NCBI RefSeq assembly: GCF_000142905.1 | Contig: NW_013657606.1 | Coordinates: forward strand, 14,923 to 78,922 | Reading direction: 5' to 3' | DNA: 64,000 bases | Source: Thecamonas trahens ATCC 50062 | Taxonomy: Eukaryota > Protista > Apusomonadida | Made by a program: the position numbers and the translations under genes | Shown: positions 54,501 to 64,000 of the stretch, piece by piece | Layout of the letters: each line of letters opens with the position of its first letter | Numbering within the stretch: position 1 is the stretch's first letter | Notes under the pieces: generated by a model | What the model was told of the DNA's origin: nothing | The model's database searches: none | The model's input: only the letters and a program-made list of their open reading frames with translations

Positions 54501-57500
54501 TTAGAAGCCGATGTAGCGGCCAAGGGACCAGCCGCGGCGGTTGGCGAGCTTGCAGAGCTCTGCGTAGACAAAGATGGCAGCGCCACCCGGGAGGCCGAGG
54601 AACCAGTAGTAGGTCTTGTCGGCGGGGAAGGGGTTGAAGAAGAGGCTGCTGTTGAGGCCCGGGATGTAGAGGAAGGCCGCGGCGAGGGCAAGCGAGTAGA
54701 TCCAGCCGTAGAAGATGACATGGTTGGAGAAGGGCGGGTGTGAGAAGACCGAGACGGAGCGAGTGCGCATGGAGATGAGGTTGAAGCACTGCTGGACAAC
54801 GACGGCGACAAAGTACGCGGCCTGAGCCATGTACAGGATGTCGTCGGTGATGGCCGCCGAGTTGTTGGCCTCCCACAGGTCGGACGGCGTGAGGCCGGCG
54901 TAGTCCCACATGACGTAAAAGTAGGCAAAGAGCGAGCCGAGCGACTGGAGAGTGCCGGCCTGGACGTAGGCAAAGGCGAGCGACTTTGCGCCCATCATGC
55001 GGTCCGTCTTGGGTTCCGCGGCGGGACCTGCATGACGTCGGCCTCGGCGGTCTCGAACGAGAGCGCCACGCCGGGCACGATCTCGGTTCCGAGGTCGATG
55101 AGGATCATCTGCAGCGACTGGAGGCCGAGCGGGATGCCAAAGAGGATGTTGATGAGGACGGGAACGAGCTCGGACGAGAGGTGGGTCACAATGTACGTCG
55201 ACGACTTGCGGAGGTTGGCGAGGATGACGCGCCCGACGCGGACGCCAAGGACGATGGAGGAAAAGTCGTCGTCGAGGAGCACAATGTCGGCTGCGTCCTT
55301 GGAGACCTCCGAGCCGGAGATGCCCATGGCCACGCCGACGTTGGCGATCTTGAGCGAGGGCGCGTCGTTGACGCCGTCGCCGGTCACGGCGCAGATCTCG
55401 CCGCGGCGCTGGCAGTTGCGCACAATCTCGACCTTGTGGAGCGGCGAGAGGCGGCCAAACACGATCTGCCGCTTCTCCAGAATGGCGTCCCAGTCTTCCT
55501 CGGTGAGCGACTCGATGCGGGAGCCGTGAACGACGACGGCATCGTACTCGTGGTTCTCGACGGCCGAGGTAGGCACGCCGCGCTCGCGCGCCACGTCGTC
55601 GATGGTCTTCCCGGTGATGATGCCGATCTGCCTGCCGATGGCCTCGGCGGTCACCACGTGGTCGCCGGTCATCATGACGACGCGGATGCCGCCCTGGCGG
55701 CAGAGGTCGATGGCGGCCGGGACGGTGACTTTGGGCGGGTCGATGAGCGAGAGGAGGCCGAGGAAGGTGAAGCCGTCGAGCGGGACGGTCCCGTCGTCGA
55801 GGTCAAAGTGGTTGCCATCGACGTCGGCGAGGCCCGAGTCGGGCCCGAGTGGGAGCTCGGCAAAGGCGAGGACGCGCTCGCCTCGGCGGCCGAGCGCGTC
55901 GTAGTTGGCGCTAAAGTTAGCGTGGAAGGCGTCGTCGATGGGGGTGGCGACGGCGCCAGGGGCGCAGAACTGGGCGCACTTGGCGAGAATGACCTCGGGT
56001 GCGCCCTTGATGAGCAGGACCCGGTCGACGCCGTCGTCGCGGTACGGCGCCATGCCGTCGTGGATGGAGAGCTGGAACTTGTTCGCCGAGTTGAAGGGAA
56101 TCTCAAAGACCTTGGGCGCGGCGGCACGCATGGCGGCAAAGCCGCCCTCGGTCACCTTGGCCACAAAGCGGAGGAAGCCCGACTCGGTGGCGTCGCCGAG
56201 GGTGGGCGCGGCCTCGATGGCGGTGGTGGTCGAGAGGTCCGGGCTTGCGCCGTCGGCGCTGGCCTCGAACCGCGAGCGCGAGCAGAGGGCGGCGGCGGCG
56301 AGCAGGGCGCGGCCGACCGGATTCTCGGTCATGACGCTCATGGCGCGCGGCGGGACCTGCGACGAGGTAGCCTCACGGAGGGTCATGATGGCCGAGTCTG
56401 GATCGGCCGGGTCGTCGCCGCTCGCCGGCGCGCCAGGCATCCACGCGGACGCCGCGGTCATGACGTTCTGGGTCAGGGTCCCGGTCTTGTCCGAGCAGAT
56501 GACCGAGACCGAGCCGAGGGTCTCGACCTGCTGCATGGTCTTGACGACGACGTTGGCGGCGCGGAGGCGCTTGGCGGCGAGGAAGAGCGAGATGGCGACG
56601 GTGGCCGGGAGGCCCTGCGGGACGTTGGAGACGAGGATGCCGACGGCGTTGTAGCCGGCCTCGCCAATGTCGTCCTTGGCGACAAAGACGCCGAGGATGA
56701 TGAGGACAATGGCGAGCGAGATGGAGATGACGCCGATGAGGCGGACAAAGCGCTCGATCTCGATCTCGAGCGGGGTCTTGATGCCCTTGTCGGCGCCGGC
56801 GAGCGAGGCGATCTGGCCGATCATGCACGCATCGCCGACGGCAATGACCACGCCCACGCCGTCGCCGGCGGTGACGAGGGTGCCGGAGAAGGCCACGTTG
56901 GCGGTCTCGAGCATCTCATCCGAGGTCGACTCGATCTTGCGGAGCTGCGGCTCGGCCTCGCCGGTCAGCGACGCATTGTCGACCTTCATGCCGTTGACCC
57001 AGAGGAGACGGACGTCGGCCGGGACGCGGTCGCCTGCACGGAGGAGGATGACGTCGCCAATGACCAGGTTCTTGGGATCGATGGCGCGCTCGGAGCCGTC
57101 ACGACGGACAACAACCTCGGTGGAGACAAGGCCGGCAATCTGGGCCATGATGTTCGACGCAGCCCTGTTCTGAAAGTAGTCCATGGTGGCGGTAAAGACG
57201 ATGATGGCGAGGAGGACGATGCCGAGCCAGAGGTTGACCTTCTCCTTGGGCTCGACAGCGTAGAGGACGAGCGAGATGACACCGGCGAGAAAGAGGAGGC
57301 CCATAAAGTAGTTGAGGTAGCAGTGGATGTACTTGAGCCACTCGGGGGTCTTGGCCGGCGGAGTCATGAGGTTGAGCCCGTCACGCTCGAGGCGATCACT
57401 GGCACGAAACTCGGCAAGGCCCTGGCAAGCACCAGGCTCATTGGCATCAATGTCGACCTTGAGGGCAGCAGCGAGGTCGGGCCAAGCCATTTCATGCAAG

Positions 57501-57886
57501 CCGAGCTCGATGCCATCGTCATCTCCACCACCGTCAATGGTGGAGACGAGGCGGACGAGGTTCGAGTCGAGGCGCGGGCGAGCCGGGACGAGCCAGTCCC
57601 TTCCCGAGACAGAAGCAGAGAGGTCGACGGTCCGATACAGCACGTCGGCACCAGGCATGGGCGGGAGGCCATGGCTGGCACCACCTGCTCCGGTACTCGT
57701 CGAACCCGTTCTCCGTGACTTGCCTTCCGAAGGCTGCGAAATGGACTCAAACAGCGCTGCACGTGACCTCTCCACCATGCCACCGCCTCCATAGGGCGTG
57801 CCAATGGTGCCAAAGAGCGTCCGCGACGTGTGCGACGTCGGCGGGAGGAGGGCCGCCCGCTCGTCACTGCCTGCGTTGATAGACAT
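54501..57886 (-). CDS. P-type ATPase, subfamily IIC (Na+/K+, H+/K+)-like alpha subunit, one apparent frameshift (~1128 aa)
   Basis: DNASLTGEAEPQ, ICSDKTGTLTQN, FNSANKFQLSIH, KGAPE, TGDGVNDAPSLK. Adding one C at ~55012 gives PRNPKTDRMM and joins ORF 54501..54998 (M7-M10). Confidence 0.92.
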
Positions 57887-58064
57887 CGTCCTGCAAGGGG
57901 GGGGGGGAGTGAGGTGCCTGGGGATGGGTGTGTGTGCTGTGCTCTCTCGGGTGGGGGGAGGGGTCGGTGGGAGGGGGGTGTCCTTGCTGTGGGCGAGGGG
58001 AGAGCAGTGGTTGGGGGGGCAGGCTGTGGATGGTAGTGTTTGTCGAATGGTCCATTGGAAGGCA

Positions 58065-58164
58065 NNNNNNNNNNNNNNNNNNNNNNNNNNNNNNNNNNNN
58101 NNNNNNNNNNNNNNNNNNNNNNNNNNNNNNNNNNNNNNNNNNNNNNNNNNNNNNNNNNNNNNNN
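58065..58164. other. Assembly gap
   Basis: Run of 100 N. Confidence 1.
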
Positions 58165-58725
58165 GGTTGAGAGCGGGGATGAAGGAGGGGGGTGGGCGGG
58201 GGGGAGGGGGGGAAGGGGGGAGGGGGAGACGAGGTGTGGGGGGGAGGGGAGGGGGGGGAGGGGAGAGGAAGGGGAGGGGGGGAGGGAGGCGGGGTTGTAT
58301 ATTTTTTTGGCATGGTCAGGGTGAGGAGGGCATGGTGTGGCGGAGGGTGGCGGGGGACAGCACCGATCGGCGGGAAAACCTCATGAGCCAGGGGCTTGGT
58401 CTTGGTCTTGGATGTGCAGTAGAAGCGGTGGAGCAGGCGCGGTGGAGGACGAGGGCGACGATGCCGAAGACGGCGCCGGCGAGGGCGGGAGTGCACGGCG
58501 ACTGGTTCACCAATCAACGGCGGTGATAGCCAATTACCATGGCACCACCCAGGTCAGCTCAGGCGCTGATGATGGAACCGACATGGGCGACCAGCTGATG
58601 CCGCTGTAAGCCTACGCCGGACCTTCTCCACCCTCTTTATCTAAAAACGGAGATGTCCCTGCAGGGCAAGGATGGCGTTGCTGGTATCGATGGCAGGAGG
58701 CGGTGGTGGTAGCGGTGGCACTCAC

Positions 58726-60141
58726 TCAGGCGAGGAGCGGGCGGAGAACAACCATGAGCGGATGGTGCTTGCAGAGCGGGGCGATAGCAAAGTGGAGGGC
58801 GTTGATGGGATGGCGGAGAGTGTCAGCGGCGTCCATGGAGCGGCGGACGCGGTCGATGGAGAGGGTGTCGAGGGCGACGTCAACCTTGGCCTGCGAGCCG
58901 TCGACGTTGGTGACAATTACGGCGCGGGTGTTGGGGCGGCCGGCGACGTCGTGGATGACGGGGCAGGGAAGCGAAATGCCTGCGTCGACAATGTACTTGC
59001 CTATCATAATGCTCCAGAGCTGGGCGAGAGTGGCGTCACGCGGGAGGTGGACGACGAGGTCGTCGGCGGTGGCCGGCGGCGGGGCGGCGGCAAGGTTGGT
59101 GTAGGAGAAGACGACGGCGACAAAGTCGGTCCGCTCCGAGGCAAAGAGCGATGCGGCGACGGGCGATTCGGCGACGGCGTCTGCGGCAGCGTGGTACTGA
59201 GCAGAGAGGACGGCAAGGTCTGCACCGTCGCCGAGCTGGTCGTCGGTGTCGCCGCAGTTATCGATGTCGCGGATGACCTCGCCCAGCAGCCATGCCTTGC
59301 AGCGGAGGAAGACGACCTTGACGCCGTACGGGGCGAGCTCGGCCACGGTATCGACCATGCCGGCGGAGATGTACGACTCGAGCTCAACGCGGGCGGCCTT
59401 GGTCGCCGAACCGTGCTCAAAGTGGCTCACCAGGATGGCAGCCGACGGCGGAATGTGCAGAGCGGCGAGTTTGGCCAACAGCTCGTCGACACCCTCGATG
59501 GCGAGCGCGACGTCCAGCGCGGCAGCCAGTGCATCGCCTTGGTGGTTCTGCCCTCTGCCGAGGAGGTAGACCGGATGCGGCGAGTCGAGGCTTGAAGCCG
59601 CTGCCGAGAGGCGAGCCAGGGCCGAGGAGCCCGGCGACGACGATGTGGTTGACGACGACGATGCGGCGGGAGCGGTGGCGACCGACGATGAGAGGCAGCC
59701 ATGGACGCAGTGGCCGGCCATGGCAAGCAGCTGCGGCTCCCAAGCAAAGTGGCCGCAGGAGAGGAGGACGATGCTCTTGACCATGTCATCCGAGAGCGGA
59801 GCAGTGGCACCGTCTGCGGAGTTGTCTGTGGCGCGAATGGCATTTTTGAGCAAATTGCCCAGTGCATGCGCCGACTTTGTAATTTTGAGTGCCGAGTGCA
59901 GTGCATGGACCTTGGCCAGGAGGACGTCGGCCTGTTGGCGGATGGGGAGGGCGCCGTAGGCCGCTGCGGCGGCGCACTGTCGGCAGGCGCGGTACTCGGG
60001 AGGGCGTGACCACTGAGTCGACGAGTACGACGACCGCGGGAGCTGGGTATGGCAGGAGACGCACATGTGCCGCACGGTGCTGCCCTTGTTCGCCTGTCGT
60101 CCCGTCTGGCTCCGCTGTCCACGGCGACGGCGGCGGGCCAT
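58726..60141 (-). CDS. Hypothetical protein with N-terminal Stc1-like zinc finger
   Basis: CVSC-HTQLPRSSYSSTQW-SRPPEYRA-CRQC fits the CxxC...FSxxQ...CxxC Stc1-type pattern. The rest is unrecognised. Confidence 0.65.
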   Translation of the reverse strand: MARRRRRGQRSQTGRQANKGSTVRHMCVSCHTQLPRSSYSSTQWSRPPEYRACRQCAAAAAYGALPIRQQADVLLAKVHALHSALKITKSAHALGNLLKNAIRATDNSADGATAPLSDDMVKSIVLLSCGHFAWEPQLLAMAGHCVHGCLSSSVATAPAASSSSTTSSSPGSSALARLSAAASSLDSPHPVYLLGRGQNHQGDALAAALDVALAIEGVDELLAKLAALHIPPSAAILVSHFEHGSATKAARVELESYISAGMVDTVAELAPYGVKVVFLRCKAWLLGEVIRDIDNCGDTDDQLGDGADLAVLSAQYHAAADAVAESPVAASLFASERTDFVAVVFSYTNLAAAPPPATADDLVVHLPRDATLAQLWSIMIGKYIVDAGISLPCPVIHDVAGRPNTRAVIVTNVDGSQAKVDVALDTLSIDRVRRSMDAADTLRHPINALHFAIAPLCKHHPLMVVLRPLLA

Positions 60142-60243
60142 GGTGGTGGTGGTGGTGGGTGGTGGTGGTGGGGGGGACAGGTGGCGTTCGTTCGAAAGGC
60201 TTCCGGTGGGGGAATGGAAAATTGGGGGGGGGGGTGGGGGTGG

Positions 60244-60670
60244 NNNNNNNNNNNNNNNNNNNNNNNNNNNNNNNNNNNNNNNNNNNNNNNNNNNNNNNNN
60301 NNNNNNNNNNNNNNNNNNNNNNNNNNNNNNNNNNNNNNNNNNNNNNNNNNNNNNNNNNNNNNNNNNNNNNNNNNNNNNNNNNNNNNNNNNNNNNNNNNNN
60401 NNNNNNNNNNNNNNNNNNNNNNNNNNNNNNNNNNNNNNNNNNNNNNNNNNNNNNNNNNNNNNNNNNNNNNNNNNNNNNNNNNNNNNNNNNNNNNNNNNNN
60501 NNNNNNNNNNNNNNNNNNNNNNNNNNNNNNNNNNNNNNNNNNNNNNNNNNNNNNNNNNNNNNNNNNNNNNNNNNNNNNNNNNNNNNNNNNNNNNNNNNNN
60601 NNNNNNNNNNNNNNNNNNNNNNNNNNNNNNNNNNNNNNNNNNNNNNNNNNNNNNNNNNNNNNNNNNNNNN
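60244..60670. other. Assembly gap
   Basis: Run of N. Confidence 1.
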
Positions 60671-60893
60671 TTGTTTGTTCGGATGGGGGTTATCGTTGGG
60701 GTGGTGTGTGTGTGGGTACGATTGTTTGTCGATGGGGTTATCGTTGGGGTGTGTGTGTGTGGGTACGATTGTTTGTCGATGGGGTTATCGTTGGGGTGTG
60801 TGTGGGGGGGAACGATTGTTTGTCGATGGGGTTATCGTTGGGGTGTGTGTGGTGGGGGGAACGATTGTTTGTCGATGGGGTTATCGTTGGGTG
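60671..60893. repeat. ~47-49 bp minisatellite, at least 5 units
   Basis: Core ACGATTGTTTGTCGATGGGGTTATCGTTGGG at 60718, 60765, 60812, 60861, plus a degenerate copy at 60671; GT-rich linkers. Confidence 0.92.
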
Positions 60894-60907
60894 GCGCAGA
60901 TGGCCGA

Positions 60908-62489
60908 CTACTGCCAGCGGGAACGGATGATGTCAAAGGCCTTGACGAGCTCATCGTAGGGCGGAATGACACTGGCGGACGACGGAGTGGTGCAGACGTA
61001 GACGGTGGGCGGAGAGGCGACCATGTTGCGGAAGACAGCGTGGAGTTGGTCGCGGGTGACGGCGTCGATGCGCTGGTAGAGGACATCGGGCGTCTTGTAC
61101 TCGCCGGAGAGGAGGACCTGGCGGCCCATGTCTTCGACGAGGACAGCCCTGCGCTCGAGGTTCATGGCGACCATGGACTTGAGCATGTTGCGGGCGCGAG
61201 AGACGGCAACCTCAGACGGTGGCTCCTGGCCGATGGCCATGATCTCGTGGACAAGGGCGAGGACGACGTCGCCGACCGACTCATGGCCGGCCGAGGCGTG
61301 GATGGAGAACATGCCAGCGTCGGCAAAGGTGGCGTTGATGGCCTGGGCCGAGTTGAGCCACGGGTAGCGGGCAAGGAGGGTCTGGTACAAGCGGGTGTAC
61401 ATGCCCTTGCCTGGCCCGCCGGCGGAGAAGGCAAAGCCACCGCCGAGGAGCATCTGGAGGACGGCATGGGCGGTGAGCTCGGGCGCAGACCACTCGGGAG
61501 CCTTAAAGCCGACCACCACGTTGGAGTGCTGCCACGGCTGGGCGTCGATGTCGGCCACATCGACCCGCTGCCCGCCAACGTACTCTGCCGGGAGCGGGGC
61601 AAAGACGGCGTCCGAGCCGGGCGGCGAGGCGGCGGCGACCGAGGCAAACGAGGTGCTGGCAAGGCCAACGAGCTCGTCGTGGCCGATGCCCACGCCCGAG
61701 AGCACCATGTTTGGGCCGACAAGGAGCGCGTCGCGGAAGGCCATCACGGTCGCCGGCGAGAGCGCGTCGAGAGTGGGCGCGTCAAAGAGCGAGGGCGCGC
61801 CCAGCGGCGAGCCGGCAAAGGCAACCTCCTCGGCGCGGGTCGGCGCGAGGCTGTCGTACTCGACACTGGCGGTTTCGATGTCTAGCGCCATGTACGCCTT
61901 GACCGACGCCATGTAGGCGTCGTCGGTGGCCGGCTCGAGGATCGACGCCGCGAGCAGATCGAGGTACTTGGGCACATGGTGCGGGAGGACGTCCATGTGG
62001 AGTGCGAGAAAGTCGCGCATGTGCGTGGCCGAGACCGTCACGGCGTCGTCCTCCACCATGCGGACGATGGCCGAGTGGTCGACGCCCTCGGTGGCGCCAA
62101 AGGCCAGCCGCTCGAGCATATGGGTCGCGCCGCGCGATGCATCGGTCTCGGCCCGGCGTCCGTGGTTGACATACAGCCCGACCGAGGCCGCAGGCGCGCC
62201 CACAGCAGACGCGGCCTGCTGGGTAATGACCCGCAGGCCGTTGCTCAGCGTCGAGAGGTACGTCCCGCGACCGCAGGCCACCCGATCCACTTCGCGCAGC
62301 GGAGCGCCCGCGGCCTTGCTCGACAGCAGCGCATCAGCCACCGCTCGCTCGGCAGCACTGCTCCCCACAGGCGTCGCAGCATCGACAGCAGCCTCAGTAG
62401 CAACGGTAGACTCGGGCCCGGCCCAGCGCTCCGGGTACACCAGGTGCGGCTTCTCCAGCTCGACCCGATCGAGCGGTTGTTGGCCGTCC

Positions 62490-62520
<31 letters not shown>

Positions 62521-62749
62521 CAGCTGCACCAGCACCAGCAGCAGCACCAAGGGCCGCCGCCGAGTGGGTAGAGGCAGAGATGGGCCGGGAGAGGGCCGTG
62601 CGGGTCGCCTTGCTTGTCTGCGTAGACGCAGAAAACCGAGGCAAAGTCGAGGAAAACGCCACTTTGAAACTCTGCGCAGACGCAAACGAGCTCCACGCCG
62701 CAACCGCTCTCTTTGTCGCGCCTGCTGCGCACCGTGTGCCTGCAAGCAT
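60908..62749 (-). CDS. PMPCA: Mitochondrial processing peptidase alpha subunit (M16B)
   Basis: Basic/Ser-rich presequence; TLSNGLRV; non-catalytic HMLERLAF instead of HxxEH; glycine-rich loop LLGGGFAFSAGGPGKGMYTRLY; EDMGRQVL. Confidence 0.93.
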
Positions 62750-62796
62750 AATCAGCAAGCCTCTATGTGTGGTATATGTATGTAGTGTGTATATGT

Positions 62797-62882
62797 GGGT
62801 TGGCGGTGGCGGTGGCGGTGGTGGTGGTGGTGGTGGTGGTGGTGGTGGTGGTGGTGGTGGTGGTGGGTGAGGTGGTGGTGGC
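62797..62882. repeat. (GGT)n microsatellite
   Basis: Visible trinucleotide repeat upstream of MPP-alpha. Confidence 0.95.
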
Positions 62883-63137
62883 GGGCTGGGGATGGGCGAC
62901 CGGTCTCAGCTGTTGGTTGTTCCTTCGTTTCGTATCAGCAATCATTGATTAATCGTTGGCTGCCCGTATTTGACGCGTTCGGTCGGGCCTGTGCATCGCC
63001 GTGTGTGGTGATGACGATGGGGGTATGGCGATGGTGATCATCGGGATCATGGGGATCATGGTAGTCAATGGTAGGTGTTGATTCGGGGGGGGGGTGGGTG
63101 GGACGAAAGTCGATGACTCCGGCGACGTGGCCGCCCA

Positions 63138-64000
63138 TCAGCAGGCGGCGGTGATGATCCGGTCACTGCGCGAGGTCCAGACCGGGAGCCCGGCTCCGCT
63201 GCGCCAGGCAGCCAGCGCAAGGCCTACCGACGGATCGACGGTAAAGGTCTCGCCGGCGACGGTGACCGGAAAGCCGCGGATGGCGGCGGGATCGGTGGCG
63301 CCGAGGGCGTCAAATGCGTCGAGGATGGCGTCGACAGGCACAATCTTGCCGTCGCCCTTGACCTCGGGGGTGTCAAAGTCCGGGACAGCGCCAGCGGTCG
63401 CCGCTGCGAGGAAGACATGCATCTCATCACCGATGCGGCCCTGGTGGGCCTCGCCCTTGGAGTAGCTGTACACCAGTCGCGGCTGGAGGAGCTCCACGTC
63501 GAGCTCGACGCCGATCTCCTCGCGGACCTCGCGGACCGCCGCCTCCCACGAGTTCTCGCCGAGATCAACGGCTCCGCCTGGGAAGGTATACCCGCCCCAC
63601 CACTTGATGAGAAAGGTGTTTCTCAGCTCGGCGTCGAGGACGACCATGTGCCCGCCGCGGATCGAGCTCGCGTAGGCTTGAACCGGACTCGGCCCGTCAC
63701 CGTACCACTTGACGAGCACCCGTAGGCTCTCTGCACTCGCCTCCACCGGGACTCTGACCTCACTTTCAGCCTCGCCGCGCCCCTTTCGCACCGCTCTCGC
63801 CACGCCGTCATCATCACGCCCACTCGAGGCGAGCTCGGCCACATCGGCGATGAGTGCGTAGTCGGTAAAGCCGACAGCCTTGAGCGCAGCGAGGAGAACC
63901 GGTGAGGCAGCAGCATCAGCCAGGCCAACAAAGCAAGCTGCTCTGCCGACCACCTCCTCCAGCCATGGCAAAACTTGATCAATCTCTTCCGTCGTCAAAA
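63138..64000 (-). CDS. Nudix hydrolase domain protein (5'-truncated by the window edge)
   Basis: Complete Nudix box GGAVDLGENSWEAAVREVREEIGV. Confidence 0.85.
   Translation of the reverse strand, partial: LTTEEIDQVLPWLEEVVGRAACFVGLADAAASPVLLAALKAVGFTDYALIADVAELASSGRDDDGVARAVRKGRGEAESEVRVPVEASAESLRVLVKWYGDGPSPVQAYASSIRGGHMVVLDAELRNTFLIKWWGGYTFPGGAVDLGENSWEAAVREVREEIGVELDVELLQPRLVYSYSKGEAHQGRIGDEMHVFLAAATAGAVPDFDTPEVKGDGKIVPVDAILDAFDALGATDPAAIRGFPVTVAGETFTVDPSVGLALAAWRSGAGLPVWTSRSDRIITAAC

Noticed and set aside
58316-58541. Minus-strand MVIGYHRR*LVNQSPC... as a selenoprotein or readthrough ORF
   Set aside because: No redox motif or recognisable SECIS; short and lying in promoter-like sequence.
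60671-60893. CRISPR-like repeat/spacer appearance
   Set aside because: Linkers are short, near-identical GT microsatellite rather than unique spacers; no cas genes; eukaryotic context.
21749-60959. ORFs in the track that run through N gaps
   Set aside because: Open only because N translates as X.
693-62870. Many long antisense or alternate-frame ORFs (e.g. 693..2210, 11652..13196, 54986..57718, 61926..62870)
   Set aside because: Expected shadows of high-GC codon bias; Arg/Pro/Ser-rich or mirror translations with no motifs.
1-64000. tRNA, rRNA, transposase or reverse transcriptase genes
   Set aside because: None recognised by eye; tRNAscan-SE, Infernal or a repeat search would be needed to exclude them.

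Overview
GC-rich, gene-dense, nearly intron-free eukaryotic (protist-type) draft sequence with five N gaps and C/CA-rich low-complexity spacers. Gene style and content suggest an apusomonad such as Thecamonas trahens; this is an inference and was not verified. About 20 protein genes are supported: a ferric reductase, a small SET/post-SET protein, a fused YeeE/YedE sulfur transporter, a receptor-like pseudokinase-cyclase-pseudokinase, two Cys-rich multi-TM receptors with different ectodomains (NHL/IPT and PA+LRR), an F-box-ankyrin protein, CRY-DASH, a PPR protein, an LRR protein, a P2C-like Na/K ATPase, an Stc1-like Zn-finger protein, MPP-alpha, a Nudix hydrolase and several orphans. The main result is that six minus-strand ORFs between 30026 and about 45250 join into one ~5,000-aa protein once five single missing bases in homopolymer runs are restored. 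It resembles the fungal galactosaminogalactan synthase Gtb3 (PelF-like GT4). The same one-base-missing pattern splits the PA-LRR receptor (3 sites) and the P-type ATPase (1 site), which points to homopolymer sequencing errors. Non-coding candidates are a U1-like/Sm-site RNA at 5265-5407, a phased GGGAACGGTC array near an AT island, and a hairpin minisatellite. All family assignments come from motif recognition; no database search was run.
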